This document shows, one piece after another, positions 62,665 through 64,000 of a stretch of 64,000 nucleotides of DNA. The notes under the pieces are model-generated. The model ran no database searches and had not been told where the DNA came from. It worked only from the letters and a program-made list of their open reading frames with translations. The position numbers and the translations under genes are program-made. The stretch spans positions 15,128,001-15,192,000 of the forward strand of contig NC_073388.1 of the NCBI RefSeq assembly GCF_028641065.1, written 5' to 3'. Each line of letters begins with the position of its first letter. The stretch's first letter is position 1. Source of the stretch: Leucoraja erinacea (taxonomy: Eukaryota).

Positions 62665-62884
62665 CTGTAGATAGACACAGAAACCTGGAGTAATTCAGCG
62701 GGACAGGCAGCTTTTCTGGAGAGAAGGAATGAGTGACGTTTCGGGTCAAGACCCTTCTTCAGATGTCACAACCCGAAACGTCACCCATTCCTTCTCTCCA
62801 GCGATACTGCCTATCCCGCTGTTACTCCAGTTTTTGTGTCTATCTTCAGTTTAAACCAGCTTCTGCAGTTCCTTCTTACACATT
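62665..62884. mobile_element. Fold-back Penelope-derived element with an intact hammerhead core on the minus strand
   Basis: TSD TCCTCTGGTTGTA (62652-64, 62885-97). Minus strand CTGAAGAAGGGTCTTGACCCGAAACGTC at 62735-62762. Confidence 0.88.
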
Positions 62885-62948
62885 TCCTCTGGTTGTATGC
62901 CTGTCTGAATTTGGACGGCATCACCTTTTTTTCTAGGTGCTAAAAAAG

Positions 62949-63987
62949 CAAAGATCCTATAGCGAGCAAGATAACCCACTCCTGCTAAATCCAATGGGCT
63001 GACATGTAGTACGCAATGGAGCGGAACGTGGGCCTTTTCTTCGGCCATTTTAGTAAACTCGACCCTCTTGCAATGTAATCAGCGTTGCGGGGGAACAGCT
63101 TGTGTGTGTGTTATATAGGGTTAGATTCATAATTCATAATTCTGTCAATTCATAATTCTGTTATTTTTTGTTAATGATTAATATGTTAATAAATTATTAT
63201 TCTGTTATTTCCTTTTTAATGTTTTAAAAAATATATTTTTTTAAATGGCTCATGTGCTGTGTTTGAGTTGATTTTTGTATTACACACACTCTGTAATTCA
63301 TCTAATCACACTGTTCACAACTGCAGTATTTGGTAAAATAATAGCAATATGAAGATTCCAGTTGCTCTACTCTTGGAATGTTCCTTAATGTGTTTTTGTG
63401 TCCATGGAATTGCTTTTCAACAATAAAATGGGTCTGGTCTTCCCAATAGCCAGAGAGTGGAATGAGATCTCTGTAATGGTGGGGTTATCTAAATGAAGTA
63501 TTTAACAAAATAACATTGTTTTGAGCAAAATTAACAATTGATGTATAACTTAAGGATGATTTTATTCAGCGGCCATACAACTGATTAGATTGTGTAGGAA
63601 AAAACACACATACACACATATATGAATGTGATATAGATGTATATAATCATACACCACACACATATATATATATTTCTAGATTTTTATATATAATGATAAA
63701 CTTTATTTCAGACTCAAGGCCCAGACAAGGGACAACATTACATAAAAATACATTGCAAACCTCCCCGCAACTTTACCCTGTCATCCCAGCCGTGCTGAAC
63801 CGGGCCAGACTCCCCACACGATGTGGAAGGAACATAGGCATCTTTTTGCTTTTTTATTGTGAGGCAGAGAGGCAGAAAGAAAATGAGGAGATGATTTTTA
63901 CCAAAGACCTTTGATTTTTATGAGGATGTTTCCGTAACCGGCTTCTGTCTCCGCACTAGTATCTTTGTCTCCGCTATGGGATCTTTG
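62949..63987. mobile_element. Putative non-autonomous TIR element with CAAAG ends
   Basis: CAAAGATCCTATAGCGAGCAAGATA at the left versus reverse complement CAAAGATCCCATAGCGGAGACAAAGATA at the right; no TSD seen. Confidence 0.55.
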
Positions 63988-64000
63988 GTGCGGAGACGGA

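Overview
Eukaryotic, repeat-saturated, non-coding DNA (intron or intergenic). It is very likely from a cartilaginous fish (skate/ray/shark), inferred from abundant HE1-type V-SINEs, HER1/CR1 LINE fragments and a SacSINE1-like copy. No host protein-coding exon, rRNA, true tRNA gene or CRISPR array could be supported; every recognisable ORF is transposon-derived. Contents: many nested CR1 fragments, Rex1/Babar-type LINE 3' halves (one with an intact 325-aa ORF), an RTE-X-like fragment, a solo LTR, several PIF/Harbinger MITEs and deletion derivatives (one with a MADF/Myb-SANT ORF), a 1-kb TIR element with a 7-bp TSD, and a Penelope GIY-YIG remnant. The most notable content is two classes of ribozyme-bearing short retroposons. 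(1) A 139-bp, TSD-flanked, (AAG)n-tailed element at 52642-52780 whose first 54 nt fold into a complete minimal HDV/CPEB3-like ribozyme, with the predicted cleavage site at the element's 5' end. (2) About 20 copies of a 70-220-bp Penelope-derived element carrying a minimal hammerhead motif (CTGAAGA-stem II-GAAACGTC). Many have 8-15-bp TSDs, several are fold-backs centred on the ribozyme, and one starts at the predicted cleavage site. Coordinates were read by eye; boundaries of degenerate repeats are approximate and family names rest on motif recognition, not database searches.
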